A stretch of DNA of 64,000 nucleotides from Botryllus schlosseri. Taxonomy: Eukaryota. The DNA is taken from positions 24,554,001 through 24,618,000 of the forward strand of contig CM119372.1 in NCBI GenBank assembly GCA_051294905.1, read 5' to 3'. The translations under genes and the position numbers were made by a program. Numbering within the stretch: the first letter of the stretch is position 1; the number at the start of each line of letters is the position of its first letter. Below the pieces are notes generated by a model, which was given only the letters and a program-made list of their open reading frames with translations, was not told the DNA's origin and made no database searches. Below, in pieces: positions 40,341 to 53,600 of the stretch.

Positions 40341-41597
40341 CAGAGGTGGTCCGTAACGAAGTACTCAAGTAGTTTTCATCTACTTCTGGTACTTAGTCAA
40401 GTAGATCTTTTTTTTCGATACTTCTATTTCGTATTATTTTGTGAACTACTTACTTACTTTTCGCTATTTTCAATTTGTCAAGTAGAAGTAGTTTAATCCC
40501 CCAATCAGAACGATAGCCTAAGGAATTTCGAGGCTGTTTTCACGTAGTACCAACAGTTAATTTTCATAAAAGTCATGTAATACCCAGAATTTTCGTTGCG
40601 CTTAGCGCACAGTAGATCTGGAATGACAAATTTGTTTTAACGAAAGCATCGTTGAATATAATTTAGGTAGCGGGTTGCGTGGTTCCGTTCACACAGCACT
40701 GTCGCCTATATCAAATATTTCATCACGGTAAGTATGGCCCCCCATAACGTTTGAAACTACCGTTTCGCAATTCAGCAATTACCAATTATAGCTAGCAGCC
40801 CATGACGAGTCATAATCTGGAAAAATGGACTTTCACTTTTTAATGTTAGACCTGTTTTAGCAGACCACCGTTGAAACTTTATGGACTAAAGACATGAAAA
40901 ATATTCTCTGCTTTTTAAAAGTAGTTTTTGTATTTTTCTTTCAATTACGTGTATTATACGTTTAGTTATAATTATAGCTTCGGTTCTTTTGTCTGCTGAG
41001 CATACATGTTGAAGCTTAAAAGCAAGTGTAGTAAGGCCTTATATTTTCCGAAAATAAAGCTATACACTATATGGCATTTCTACAATCTGCCATATTTTTA
41101 ATTAACATATTATAATCGTGCAAAGTGTTAAAGCCGCATCCTATACAACTCCTTCGTATTACTCTTCGACTGAGGTAGGGGCCTTATAATATGGTGGAGG
41201 GCGCCATATGCCATGATATTCTCTAAAACGAGGTGCTCGATTAAGCAAAGGATTAGTGTCGCATTTCCATATCAACACTATCATTTACATCCCATGATGT
41301 GGACGACTGCTTATTCAGTCAAAACATCCTGGGATGCATCAATATGAATCAAGCTCTCTATACTCCCTCCGCATATCTCAATTTGCAGCATTTGACAGTC
41401 CATGCGAACGAATTACGATCGTTTTCACAACTACTTATTTACTTGAGTAGATATAAAGTCAGTCAATTCTATTTCTACTTCAAGTAGTTTTAGGTTGCTT
41501 ATGAAAGAAGTGCTGCTACTCGTACCTGAGTAGATTTTTTTCGTCGCTACTTCTACTTCTACTGGAGTAGCTTTCTTGACTACTTTGACCACCTCTG
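40341..41597. mobile_element. hAT-type element, CTACTT/AAGTAG subterminal family
   Basis: CAGAGGTGGTC...GACCACCTCTG; colinear with 58103-59358. A partial third copy ends at ~21289. Confidence 0.8.
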
Positions 41598-44500
41598 AAC
41601 TAGTGAGATGGTAAGCAGGACTGAAACAGCACTTCGTAAACCCCCATTAAATAAACGTTGGTCTTCGGCCTCCCATAGCGTGATAAACGCCCCCAGACCC
41701 CCCCCCCCCCCGCCAGGATATACGTTTTTTACCAATACTTATCAAAGCCATTTGTTGTAGTGTTTCGTTAGCCAGCTTCTATCGCCCAGACGCGCGAAGC
41801 ACAAATTGTTTTTATAATTCATAATTTAATCGGTCAATATGATCGGAAATTGCATTTATATTGCTATCCATTTTTATATCCTCTTTCTGCTCACGTAATC
41901 AGATTTATCGGTAGAGCTGAGTGAGGTTTCTTGGAAAATGTAGGGCGCGTAAAAAATAAATAAACATATTCGGTGGACCGGTTGGTATAGTGATTTCGTA
42001 ACAAAATGTTATTTCGTGACGTCCTGTCTGTTTTGTCAAACGATATTGAAATCGCCCAAACGTATTCAACTAAGAGACGCACACTATTTCAAATTGGTAT
42101 TTCTTCACTGGAAAATAAATTTTCTCTGCGGGATGGTATTTGCCTTATAGGGTTCAGCTTCAAACTACTAAGAATGGAACATTCGTCGCCATGCAGCCCT
42201 TCATTCGCCAATGGACAATTGAACATATATTTATAAATATCGAAGTTTTCGGTCAGCATAAAGGCAGTCTTTTTCGGTCACGTTTTTCACGCTGCCGATC
42301 CTTCTGGCACATTTCTCGGAGTCACATGTTACATGGCCTAAAACTTCATATGTCTTGGTACGTCGTTCCGTGGTAATGGCCGACGCCGGAATGCCCATTT
42401 CTATAAGTCATGCGTAGTTTTTCTTGCGGTATAATACCAATAATCAAGATATTTGGCAATATCAAATCGCACGTAGAGCAAAAAAATTTTGCAAAAGCTG
42501 CATAAATTTTCAAAAAATACTCTGTCATTTATGTTAATTCACGAAATTATTTTGGGACCTCTTCGCACATTATCGGAAATGACATTTCCGACAAGTCGTT
42601 ATCGACCCACAGCATTGTCACAAGTCCAATGAAGTAGGTGTTGTCGAAAAATATCAAATAATCTTTATATGGCGTGCAGAACTGACATTAATTTATTTGT
42701 GGTCGCATAAAAGGAAAATATTAGATTATTATAACTTTCCAAATCACCCATACTCTTATGATGTCATCAAGAGTGATACTCGAATATCCGAAGCCTAATA
42801 CTAAATTCCGAATTCGATTTAACCAATAGCGATGGTCATCGCGGTCGAAAAGCTAGATCAGGGATCGGGAAGCCATGTATGGCTCTTTTGGTGATATGGT
42901 ATGACTCCCAGATAAGTTTTCAATTTCGCACTTAACTCTAGCCTTATTCATAAATATTGCTGCAACTTTTCGCATGTTTCAATAGCGGCCAGAATCCTTG
43001 TTTTGTGCTGGCGGAGAGAAGTCTATATATGGGAGGTAAACAGAGTGGTGTATCCAGATGGTTTTAGGAGCTCGGAACCAGTTTTAAACAGTTTTTTATT
43101 GCCTTTAAAAATTGTGCTTTAATTATGCCGTAATGGCCGTAAATACTTTCGAAAAAAACATGTAGTATGAGCCTACCGAAGATTTGCACCCAATATAGTC
43201 GACGTATACAGTGGCTGGAACCGTCGAATTGGTCGTCGGTTCAACAGTTATAGCGTGTTGAAATCGATCACTGGCACGGAATGAGTCGGTTCAACAGTTA
43301 AAGCATGTTGAAATTGATCACTGGCACAGAATGAGTTCTCTGATGATTATGAAGATGATGACTGCCGCATGCTGCATAATGATGTAGTCGTCGTTAAAGA
43401 TATATTCAGAGGTCGGGAACCTTTTTTGTCCGAAGAGTCATTTTAGTCCTATTTTTCCCATTTTAACTCCCGAAGAGCAATACATGTCAATCAAGTGTTA
43501 CGTCACAATCGAAAATTCGGTGACGTCAGGGTAGCTCGAATTCGAACTCACTATACACGAGTAGTATAGTAGATTGGTCGTGACGCGCCATTGTGGCTTA
43601 TGGGCGGGGTGGTGACTCGCCTGAAAACCGGGGGTGGTGACTCGCCTTTTTAGACCCCCCTCTAGGCGGTGAGTCGCCATGTGTTCTTATGGGTGCGGTC
43701 GTGATTCGCCCTTTCAGGTATAGCTCGTGGCGGTGATTCGTCGTGAAAACTCGTGGTCGTGACTCGCCTTTTTTGCTATAGGCGGTGGCATTGATTCGCC
43801 TGTCATGTATTCTTAAGGGATCTCTGATGAAGTGCCATTGTTTCTTACGGGATCTTTGGTGACTCGCCGTGTGTTCTTATGGGTGCGGTCGTGAATCGCC
43901 CTTTCGGTTATAGGCATCTCTCGCACGGTGTGGAATATGTATCAGGTATGGTAAATAGTCACGTGATTGGTCCTTAGTTAATATGTCTATCCCAAATTAT
44001 TATATATGACCGATTCGAGTTGATCCCAACGTTTACGGTGAGAGCAACAATGATATATCGTTATTCTTATGGACGCGGCGGTGATTCGTACTTTCGGGTA
44101 TAGGCTGCGGGTGGAATGTCGTACTTTCAGCAAAAAGGTGTGAAATAGTTTGGTGAATCTAGGAATCATGAGCAAGGTAATATTTGGTAGTTAGTTTACC
44201 AGAGAGCCGGCGTAGACGGCGATTCCAATACCAACAATAACCGCGTTCACAAACTTACACTTCAAATAGGTGTGAAATAGTTTGCAAAACCCCAGCGAGC
44301 GCTGACAAGATAATGTCTCGGACAAAACAATCTTTCGCGGCTTCGTGTTACAGGCATATCGATCGCTCACGCGGTGAAATTTTCGTAAGCAGTTTGTCAC
44401 AGAACTTGATTTCACTCGTAAAGATTTAATAAGTAACGAATAACAGACCGCCAGTGTCGGTAACTTGAATAGCGACAAATTGTCACTTATTTCTACTCTA

Positions 44501-46960
44501 ACCCTAATCCTTTGTGAAGTGTACGCTTATTCAAAAAGGTGCGAAATAATTCTAAAATCCTACGATCGCTCACAAGATAACACCCATAAGACATAACCAT
44601 CTCTCGTGACTTGTGGTTACATACATCGCAATCGCTACAACGTAATATGTTGGTAGTTGGGTGCAGAACTGGATTTCACGAGTCTGATATAATAAGAATA
44701 TTACCTATTAAGTAATAAGCACCGAATAACAGAACCGTCGCAGACGGTGACTTGAATATCCAAGATTTGATACTTTTCGCGATCGCTATATGTTTCACGT
44801 TGACTTTGGTTGCGCGATGCGAATCATGAGAATATTCAATCAATGTGTCAATTTGTCAACTTGAAATGAAACTCACTACACAAACCAAGCTGATTCGTAT
44901 TTGAATGAGTTGATCCGGTACAACTCTAATCCTTTGAGAAATCCATTTACCGCGATCAGTTGATTCGAACGTAACTTGAATATTGCTGACTCCAACTTCA
45001 GTCGCATCGAATTATTCACACATTCCACGCTGCTGTTTCACACCTATAGAATCAATACCATCTAACTAAACAAGAATCAAGAATCACAAGTATGCACATA
45101 CAATAATTGTATTTATTACTGAGAAATCAAACGCTTAACAAAAACACGCAACTTATCATTTACCAACTCAAGCATTACCAAAAAAAAAAAAAAAATTCAG
45201 GTATTGTTGATTGAAAATCCTTGAGTCCTTATTATCAAAAATGTTATAGTGCGGCGTCGGAATCCATTCGTGGGATGTACTAAAGTTAAATTCAGACAAT
45301 CCAAAATGAAATGTCTCGACTTTAACATAGTCTGAATTGAAATAGATTGACAAACATGACTACCATCTTTTCAAGTACCATTTCGATATTATACGCAAAT
45401 TGATTTGAAACAAGTAATGAAACATTACAACTCTATTCACGATCTGGCTTTCCGTTTGTCAAAGAGAAATTTTAACATCTTACCATACTCAAAAGAATTA
45501 TTCATAACATTAACCGGTGTTAAAAATATAGTTTTCACTTACTTGATTATAACACTACAACTCGCAAACTTGAATTAATTCGTCCTGGTTGTATTCATAT
45601 GACCGATCATTTTTATTCAACGGTAAAGGTCGTTACTATTCTGTAAGACAAAGTATTTACTAATCGGTGCATATACGCGATTTGACATAAACCAATTATA
45701 TTTTGAGTATACGAGATTTGAATTTCTGAACAATAACTGAGAATTAAATTATCACAATTGAATCCATATATGACGGCGTGAAAGATATTGGAATGTCAGC
45801 AACTCTTTACGGTCATAGTTACAACCACATTAACTAATTTACCCAGCCAACACGTCATGATCATTCCTGAAATCAACACAAACGCGACCACTGACTTGAG
45901 TTAACCACAAAACGGCATCAAGTTTTTAATCAGCTTGCAGCTGACAGATTATTCGAATGCATCGATGGGGAATATTATTGAACTCGTCGATATTGTTACT
46001 TCAACAAATTATCGCTTACGTCGACTGCGAATGTTAATATCGAATGGTAAGACTTGATCGCATATTTGTTGAACACAGACATGACAAAGAACATTACCGA
46101 TATTTTATAATCTAGTCATATTACTTTTCACATCTATCAATATCAGAATACAAGTCATCAAACTTATTGTTAAATGTAACATAGCACCTTTGGAATCGGA
46201 TTCGTTATAGTCATACAAATTGTATTAAACCCAACACCAAAACAAAAGGACTTTCAAGCTCATTGAAATCAAATCTTTCGTCTTCGACTTGCGCTTTATT
46301 AGATTGCACGCAACAATTCGTTACGAATGAGCTGTAACCAAAGTTAAGAAATCTTTGTGCCCACAGATATGGAAGATGAATATAGCTAACACAATCACGA
46401 ATCGACGTTTCAGAGTATTTCACGGATGTAATAAACTTGTTGGTATCGCCTATCTAAAATTATGCATGCGTTCGATTTCCATACCGACTGTTGCGATGTT
46501 TAGGATTCGCTTACAATGACCAAGAGTGAGGATTTAACATCAATGTCGTTACTGTCGGTATTCACAACAGAGAATCGAAACATTACACAGTGTGAAAATA
46601 TATCTTTGATATCAAAGCACCATCCCAAGTACACGATTAATACTCAACTCCGTTCGCACTTTCCATAGAACGTGCTAAATGTAAAATATCGCGAGGAGAC
46701 TTCGATCATTACAAAAGTAAATTGGGGTATGTTTGCTAGACGCATCCAATTCAGTTAGAAATTTCTGGTGCACAACAATCGTAATATCAAGGAAGTACTT
46801 GCTACACTGTAATTCACTAAACGCGTTTTGCGTTGTTGGTCGTTTGTAGTATTGATTGAAATTGTTTTTCAACCCTCAAATAATAATTCCCGACATGAGA
46901 CCAAGCCGCTGAAAGTCATTACCATCATAAAGAAACAATTTGTACGATGTTTGCCAAATG

Positions 46961-48815
46961 CAGGGTTGTAACCAAGTCACATGGTTCCGAGTCACGAGTC
47001 AATCATACTTTTGTGGTTTTGACTCGAGTCGAGTCGAGTCATTTTCAATTCATCACAGACTCGAGTCCGAGTCCAAGTCACCGTTTAAAGGGTCAAGTCC
47101 GAGTCATGGTGTTATGACTCGAGTCGAGTTCAAGTCACAGTATTGAAGTCATGTTCAACTCATGTTTTCAATCCTGCTTTGGTGATATCGAATTCCCAGT
47201 TTGCGAAACATGCTCATTTTGTCCCTATCAAGAGTCTTGACACGTGTTTATTTAGGCAGATAACGGACAGGTCCTGGCCTCATTTACCGATGCTAAAGAT
47301 AACTTTACTAATCTTAGAACTTAAAATCAAATATCTCTCTTGTCAGTCTGATACATCACCAATACAAGCATTCAGTTTTTATATGAACACATCGACGATA
47401 GCTCACGAATAGCTGATAGAGAACCAACGAATTCACGTCTACATACTATCTGATAGAGAACCAACAAATTCACGTCAAGATACTAGTTGATAGAGAATCA
47501 ATAGATGCATGTTAATGTAGAGGTATTTACAACAGGCCAGCATGCTGTAAAAGCGTGCATACAACTATGTGCAGTGTGCAGTGACAACAGAACAGATACC
47601 TTTTGATTATACTAAAGGTTTTCCCAATTGCATTACCGACTATATCGCAGTTACAGCATTGGAGAAATAATTGTACAATGGGGCTGTTCAAAAACATTTT
47701 TTCAAATTTTCTGGCTACTTCTTAAAATTGCTAGATTGCCTAAAAATCAAATTTGGCTCAATTCCAACCAGTAGAAAGCAATGCTATGAAAGAAAATTTT
47801 AGACTAATTACAAATAGAGATTTTCGAATTTTACCGGCTATCTCATGATATTGTTACATTGTGTAAAAATATGATTCATAGCAAATTTGACTCAATTCCA
47901 ACTAGAAAAAGTGAACCAACCAACCAGTAAAATAAAAAAGAAGTTATTTTAGAACAGCCATATTGTACAAACATCACACAACATTAGCCAATCATTATTA
48001 CTCACGTGCACAATGCACATACCTAACAAAACGTCAAATGGACGAAGGGCATAGTTTGTTTTCACAGACAGCAGATCAAATCAATGAGTTACACCTCAAA
48101 AATACTAATGTGGAAAGGAGATCCTTAAATATGTTAAAGCGGCATGGCCGTAGAATGAATCCACATCTACTGAATACACGTTCCACTAGTGCACTAGATG
48201 CAGGAATTGACAAGCATTTTTGAACCACACTGAAGAGCATTGAATACTCATTCTTTCTAGTCGCACAAAAATGCAAAGAATCATCGCCTTCAAATCTACA
48301 CATGAGCTTATTAGTGTCTTCACCATCTGAGTCATTTCATTGGCTCTAATTGAACTTTGATTCAATTGTTTGCTTGTATAATTGAAAAGTCTTGAGTACT
48401 TTATTTGCGGAGGATTTATTACCTCTTCATCGCTGGACGATTTTGTACAATGCATTGCCACTATGTATCATTTTCTGTTGTTTTTACGGCGGCATATCTG
48501 ATGTATCAGACAAGTGCAACGAAAGCAGTGGTGACAAATAGCGATGTCGGCAGAATTCGTCGGATGCGTTGATCTAGCCATTACGATTCGCAAATTTCTT
48601 CATCTTCAAGTCATATAAAATAAGTCGAGTCAATGACTTGGGTCCAGTCACGCGTAATGACTCGAGTACAAGTCGAGTCAATCCAAATATTGACTCGAGT
48701 CGAGTCGAGTCATTTTCTCATTTCAATAAAATGACTCGAGTCAAGTCGAGTCATAAAAAAATCGTGACTCGAGTCTGACTCGAGTCGAGTCATGACTCGA
48801 GTCATTACAACCCTG
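46961..48815 (-). mobile_element. hAT deletion derivative with C-terminal dimerisation-domain remnant, inserted in the left arm only
   Basis: TIR CAGGGTTGTAA/TTACAACCCTG; perfect TSD GCCAAATG; empty site in the right arm (~52811). ORF 48076-48303 reads LSIPASSALVERVFS...LVFLRCN. Confidence 0.93.
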
Positions 48816-49039
48816 GCCAAATGTGTCCTATAGTTAGGTGTACTAGAATTATTTGTGTAACCCACCGACAATGCAATCAAAAATTTTTCCGTTGTCATTC
48901 ACTAAAGTAAATGTCATCACAATACTCTGTCAAAAAGACGTTACTTGTATGTGATTGAACCCCTAGCGATTAACTCACTAAACCGAACTCCAAAGAAATT
49001 TTACTCACTCGACGGATATGAAACAACGTCGCTTAATCG

Positions 49040-49313
49040 TGGCGAGATAGCGCAGTGGTGTAATCCGCGGCTACGACACCAATGGGTGCGGGTTCGAGTC
49101 CGACCGAGGTCGACTTCTGAATCCCGATACCTAAGTGTTGGAGGTTTACCTAGGCTCCTCCTCGCCACCTCATCCGCGTCAGCGGTGTCTTACAAAAAGC
49201 CTAGAGGTGGGCCGTGCTATAAGTCGGCAGTTACGGAAAATAAGAAGAATATCGGCCTGGTGTAAATGACAATAGTAGTCGACAAACACCATGAATACCA
49301 AAAACAAACAAAA
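49040..49313 (+). mobile_element. tRNA-derived SINE, family B, inserted in the left arm only
   Basis: Perfect 15-bp TSD AACGTCGCTTAATCG; empty site in the right arm (~52593-52607); box A/B and A-rich tail. Confidence 0.93.
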
Positions 49314-50404
49314 AACGTCGCTTAATCGGTCTATATCGTTTTGCAAATCATATCCACCCAATAGAAAACAATTTTCACTAGCTTGGTAATGAAACCGAAG
49401 AGTGGGTCTTCATTCAATATTTTGTTTGTGTCAAATACTTTGCAATGAACACATTTGAGTGATTGAGCTTTACATCATCAGGCTGTCATGTAAATCACGG
49501 TTACATCATTCTTGTAACTGTATCGTTTAACTACCGGGTTGCATCAGTTTGATATTTTTGTCATTTAGTGATTGTTGAACATACCACTTCGAAATACTCC
49601 ATTGATCTTAATTCTCTTTGTCGTGATAACCGAAGTACATTTTTTTCGAATTCGTAACAAACGACTATCACATGACGAATTTTTGAAAAGTTTTACTTAG
49701 AAGGTTGGTTGAATATCGCGAAAAATAATATACCACTCATATTGATACTGATTCTCGCCGAACTCGATTGTGATCAATGTATGCTTTATGCGTTCGGATT
49801 CATTTCGGTATGGTTGAACATTCAACCTCGATAGATACGAATTGACACCCACCCAGCTAATGTCATACCAAGTAGTTATTTACAACAACCAAGACACAGA
49901 AATTTGTTTTGTCCGTTTCGATTTTTTTACTAGAGGTACTCAACACTTCGGTTAATACGATCTAAATTTAAACTCCGTCTATAGTTTTGCTGGATAAGAA
50001 TTATGTTAGTGTAAATAACTTTCACTCTCTTGGATTATGGACTCAATGTGTTAGCGCACATTCAATATTTTGTTGTATCAACTAGTTACTTTGTAGAATA
50101 CGAATGATCATCCCTACAACTCTTACAAAAGTACGAAGTATATTTGGATCACACAAAGTAATCAACTTTACTCGATATCCTCACACTACGAAACTAAATG
50201 TTTGGTTACACTCTACAAACTGTTTCTGATGTCACAGGAACTTTTTTTACATGAATGGTCACGCATCTAAATATTCAAATAATCCAACACACCTTACAGA
50301 AATATCATAGTTCTTGTAACAAAGTTGTATAAGTATAATGTTTATCGTGAGTCCTACACGTTCATGATATATGTCGAGTTTGACTTTGACTTGACGCCAG
50401 ATCT

Positions 50405-50695
50405 CCAAAGGAAAATGTTATTTTTACTCAGGTAAACGACGGACCACCAAGTAAAAATGGTTTGTTGCTCAGGGTAAAAATATATATTTTCAAGTGAAAA
50501 AGGTTTGTTACTCTGGGAAAAAATATATTTCCAAGTGAAAATGATTTGTTGCTCGGGGGAAAAATATATTTCCAAGTAAAAATGTATTGTCATTCTGGGT
50601 AAACGACAGATCTCCAAAGGAAAATGATATGTTTACTCAGGTAAACGACGGACTGCCAAGTGAAAGTGGTAATTTTACATAGGTAAACGTCGTGG
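50405..50695. repeat. Degenerate ~40-43-bp tandem repeat, about 7 units
   Basis: Units begin CCAA(G/A)(T/G)(G/A)AAAATG and contain GGTAAACGAC or GGGAAAAATATATTT. Confidence 0.85.
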
Positions 50696-53600
50696 GTTCA
50701 GTGTCGTTGGTCTTGTTAAACGTAGCTATCGAGTTGTACAATATACTTGTCGTGAGTATGCAATTACGAAGGGGGAGAATGAAATTGTTATTATGAGTGC
50801 CAGAAGGTTGTTGTATGTAGATTTGACAGTAACCCTATCATTCGTATATGACAAACACAATCATGATCGTGAATACATTAACTAACTTGTTCGGTCCCGA
50901 TCCATGCGATAGACTTCTATCTCCTTACGTTCAGTCGTGTCGTGTCCATTTCAATACGGGCCCCCACATGTATGACATGCACACACTAACGCCGTAAACA
51001 GAAGTCGATGATTTTGAATCATAAAAATATTTCTTGATTACATCGGAATGTCTATGTTGCAGAAAGTAAATACTTTTATGGTTTTTGTGTGTTTAATGAA
51101 AGCAATTGGTTACAAGTATGTTTTGGGAAAATAAAATTCATTTTTCTGTATGTTGCAGTTTGTGAGGAAATGAAAATAGATTCGTGGTTTTAATTGAATT
51201 GCGCTGTTTTAATGTACGCTTCAACATGGAGACTTGACGCTGAACAACAACTCGATTCACTAAACAATTTGTCACTGGCGTGCAAAGGGTTAGGAAAATT
51301 TTAATACAGCTCCATCCACTGGTTGTTTTGTTGTGAGGATAATCATGTGATGACTCAGCACTTTTCGGTAGCAAAGTAGATTGTTTTGTGCGTTAGATTT
51401 GTGGAACATGAGTCGGATACACACTCTTTTGCGGAAGTAACAAGATTACTGCGATGACATTGGTAGGTCTCTCAAGCAGTGACCATGGATTTGTTTTTGA
51501 AAGATGTCGCGATATCGATATAATATTTTCTAAAAGTCAAACTCGACATATATCATGAAGGTGTAGGACTCACGATAAACATTATATTTATACAACTTTG
51601 TTACAAGAACTATGATATTTCTGTAAGGTGTGTTGGATTATTTGAATATTTAGATGCGTGACCATTCATGTAAAAAAAGTTCCTGTGACATCAGAAACAG
51701 TTTGTAGAGTGTAACCAAACATTTAGTTTCGTAGTGTGAGGATATCGAGTAAAGTTGATTACTTTGTGTGATCCAAATATACTTCGTACTTTTGTAAGAG
51801 TTGTAGGGATGATCATTCGTATTCTACAAAGTAACTAGTTGATACAACAAAATATTGAATGTGCGCTAACACATTGAGTCCATAATCCAAGAGAGTGAAA
51901 GTTATTTACACTAACATAATTCTTATCCAGCAAAACTATAGACGGAGTTTAAATTTAGATCGTATTAACCGAAGTGTTGAGTACCTCTAGTAAAAAAATC
52001 GAAACGGACAAAACAAATTTCTGTGTCTTGGTTGTTGTAAATAACTACTTGGTATGACATTAGCTGGGTGGGTGTCAATTCGTATCTATCGAGGTTGAAT
52101 GTTTAACCATACCGAAATGAATCCGAACGCATAAAGCATACATTGATCACAATCGAGTTCGGCGAGAATCAGTATCAATATGAGTGGTATATTATTTTTC
52201 GCGATATGCAACCAACCTTCTAAGTAAAACTTTTCAAAAATTCGTCATGTGATAGTCGGTTGTTACGAATTCGAAAAAAAATGTACTTCGGTTATCTCGA
52301 CAAAGAGAATTAAGATCAATGGAGCATTTCGAAGTGGTATGTTCAACAATCACTAAATGACAAAAATATCAAACTGATGCAACCCGGTAGTTAAACGATA
52401 CAGTTACAAGAATGATGTAACCGTGATTTACATGACAGCCTGATGATGTAAAGCTCAATCACTCAAATGTGTTCATTGCAAAGTATTTGACACAAACAAA
52501 ATATTGAATGAAGACCCACTCTTCGGTTTCATTACCAAGCTAGTGAAAATTGTTTTCTATTGGGTGGATATGATTTGCAAAACGATATAGACCGATTAAG
52601 CGACGTTGTTTCACATCCGTCGAGTGAGTAAAATTTGTTTGCAGTTCGGTGTAGTGAGTTAATCGCTAGGGGTTCAATCACATACAAGTAACGTCTTTTA
52701 GTGACAGAGTATTGTGATGACATTTACTTAAGTGAATGACAACGGAAAAATTTTTGATTGCATTGTCGGTGGGTTACACAAATAATTCTAGTACACCTAA
52801 CTATAGGACACATTTGGCAAACATCGTACAAATTGTTTCTTTGTGATGGTAATGACTTTCAGCGGCTTGGTCTCATGTCGGGAATTATTATTTGAGGGTT
52901 GAAAAACAATTTCAATCAATACTACAAACGACCAACAACGCAAAACGCGTTTAGTGAATTACAGTGTAGCAAGTACTTCCTTGATATTACGATTGTTGTG
53001 CACCAGAAATTTCTAACTGAATTGGATGCGTCTAGCAAACATACCCCAATTTACTTTTGTAATGATCGAAGTCTCCTCGCGATATTTTACATTTAGCACG
53101 TTCTATGGAAAGTGCGAACGGAGTTGAGTATTAATCGTGTACTTGGGATGGTGCTTTGATATCAAAGATATATTTTCACACTGTGTAATGTTTCGATTCT
53201 CTGTTGTGAATACCGACAGTAACGACATTGATGTTAAATCCTCACTCTTGGTCATTGTAAGCGAATCCTAAACATCGCAACAGTCGGTATGGAAATCGAA
53301 CGCATGCATAATTTTAGATAGGCGATACCAACAAGTTTATTACATCCGTGAAATACTCTGAAACGTCGATTCGTGATTGTGTTAGCTATATTCATCTTCC
53401 ATATCTGTGGGCACAAAGATTTCTTAACTTTGGTTACAGCTCATTCGTAACGAATTGTTGCGTGCAATCTAATACAGCGCAAGTCGAAGACGAAAGATTT
53501 GATTTCAATGAGCTTGAAAGTCCTTTTGTTTTGGTGTTGGGTTTAATACAATTTGTATGACTATAACGAATCCGATTCCAAAGGTGCTATGTTACATTTA

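Noticed and set aside
43235..43335. Two-copy ~50-bp tandem duplication (also a 16-bp duplication at ~12963)
   Set aside because: Ordinary local slippage duplications with no further structure.
50405..50695. CRISPR-like array
   Set aside because: The units are contiguous degenerate tandem repeats without unique spacers; eukaryotic context and no cas genes.
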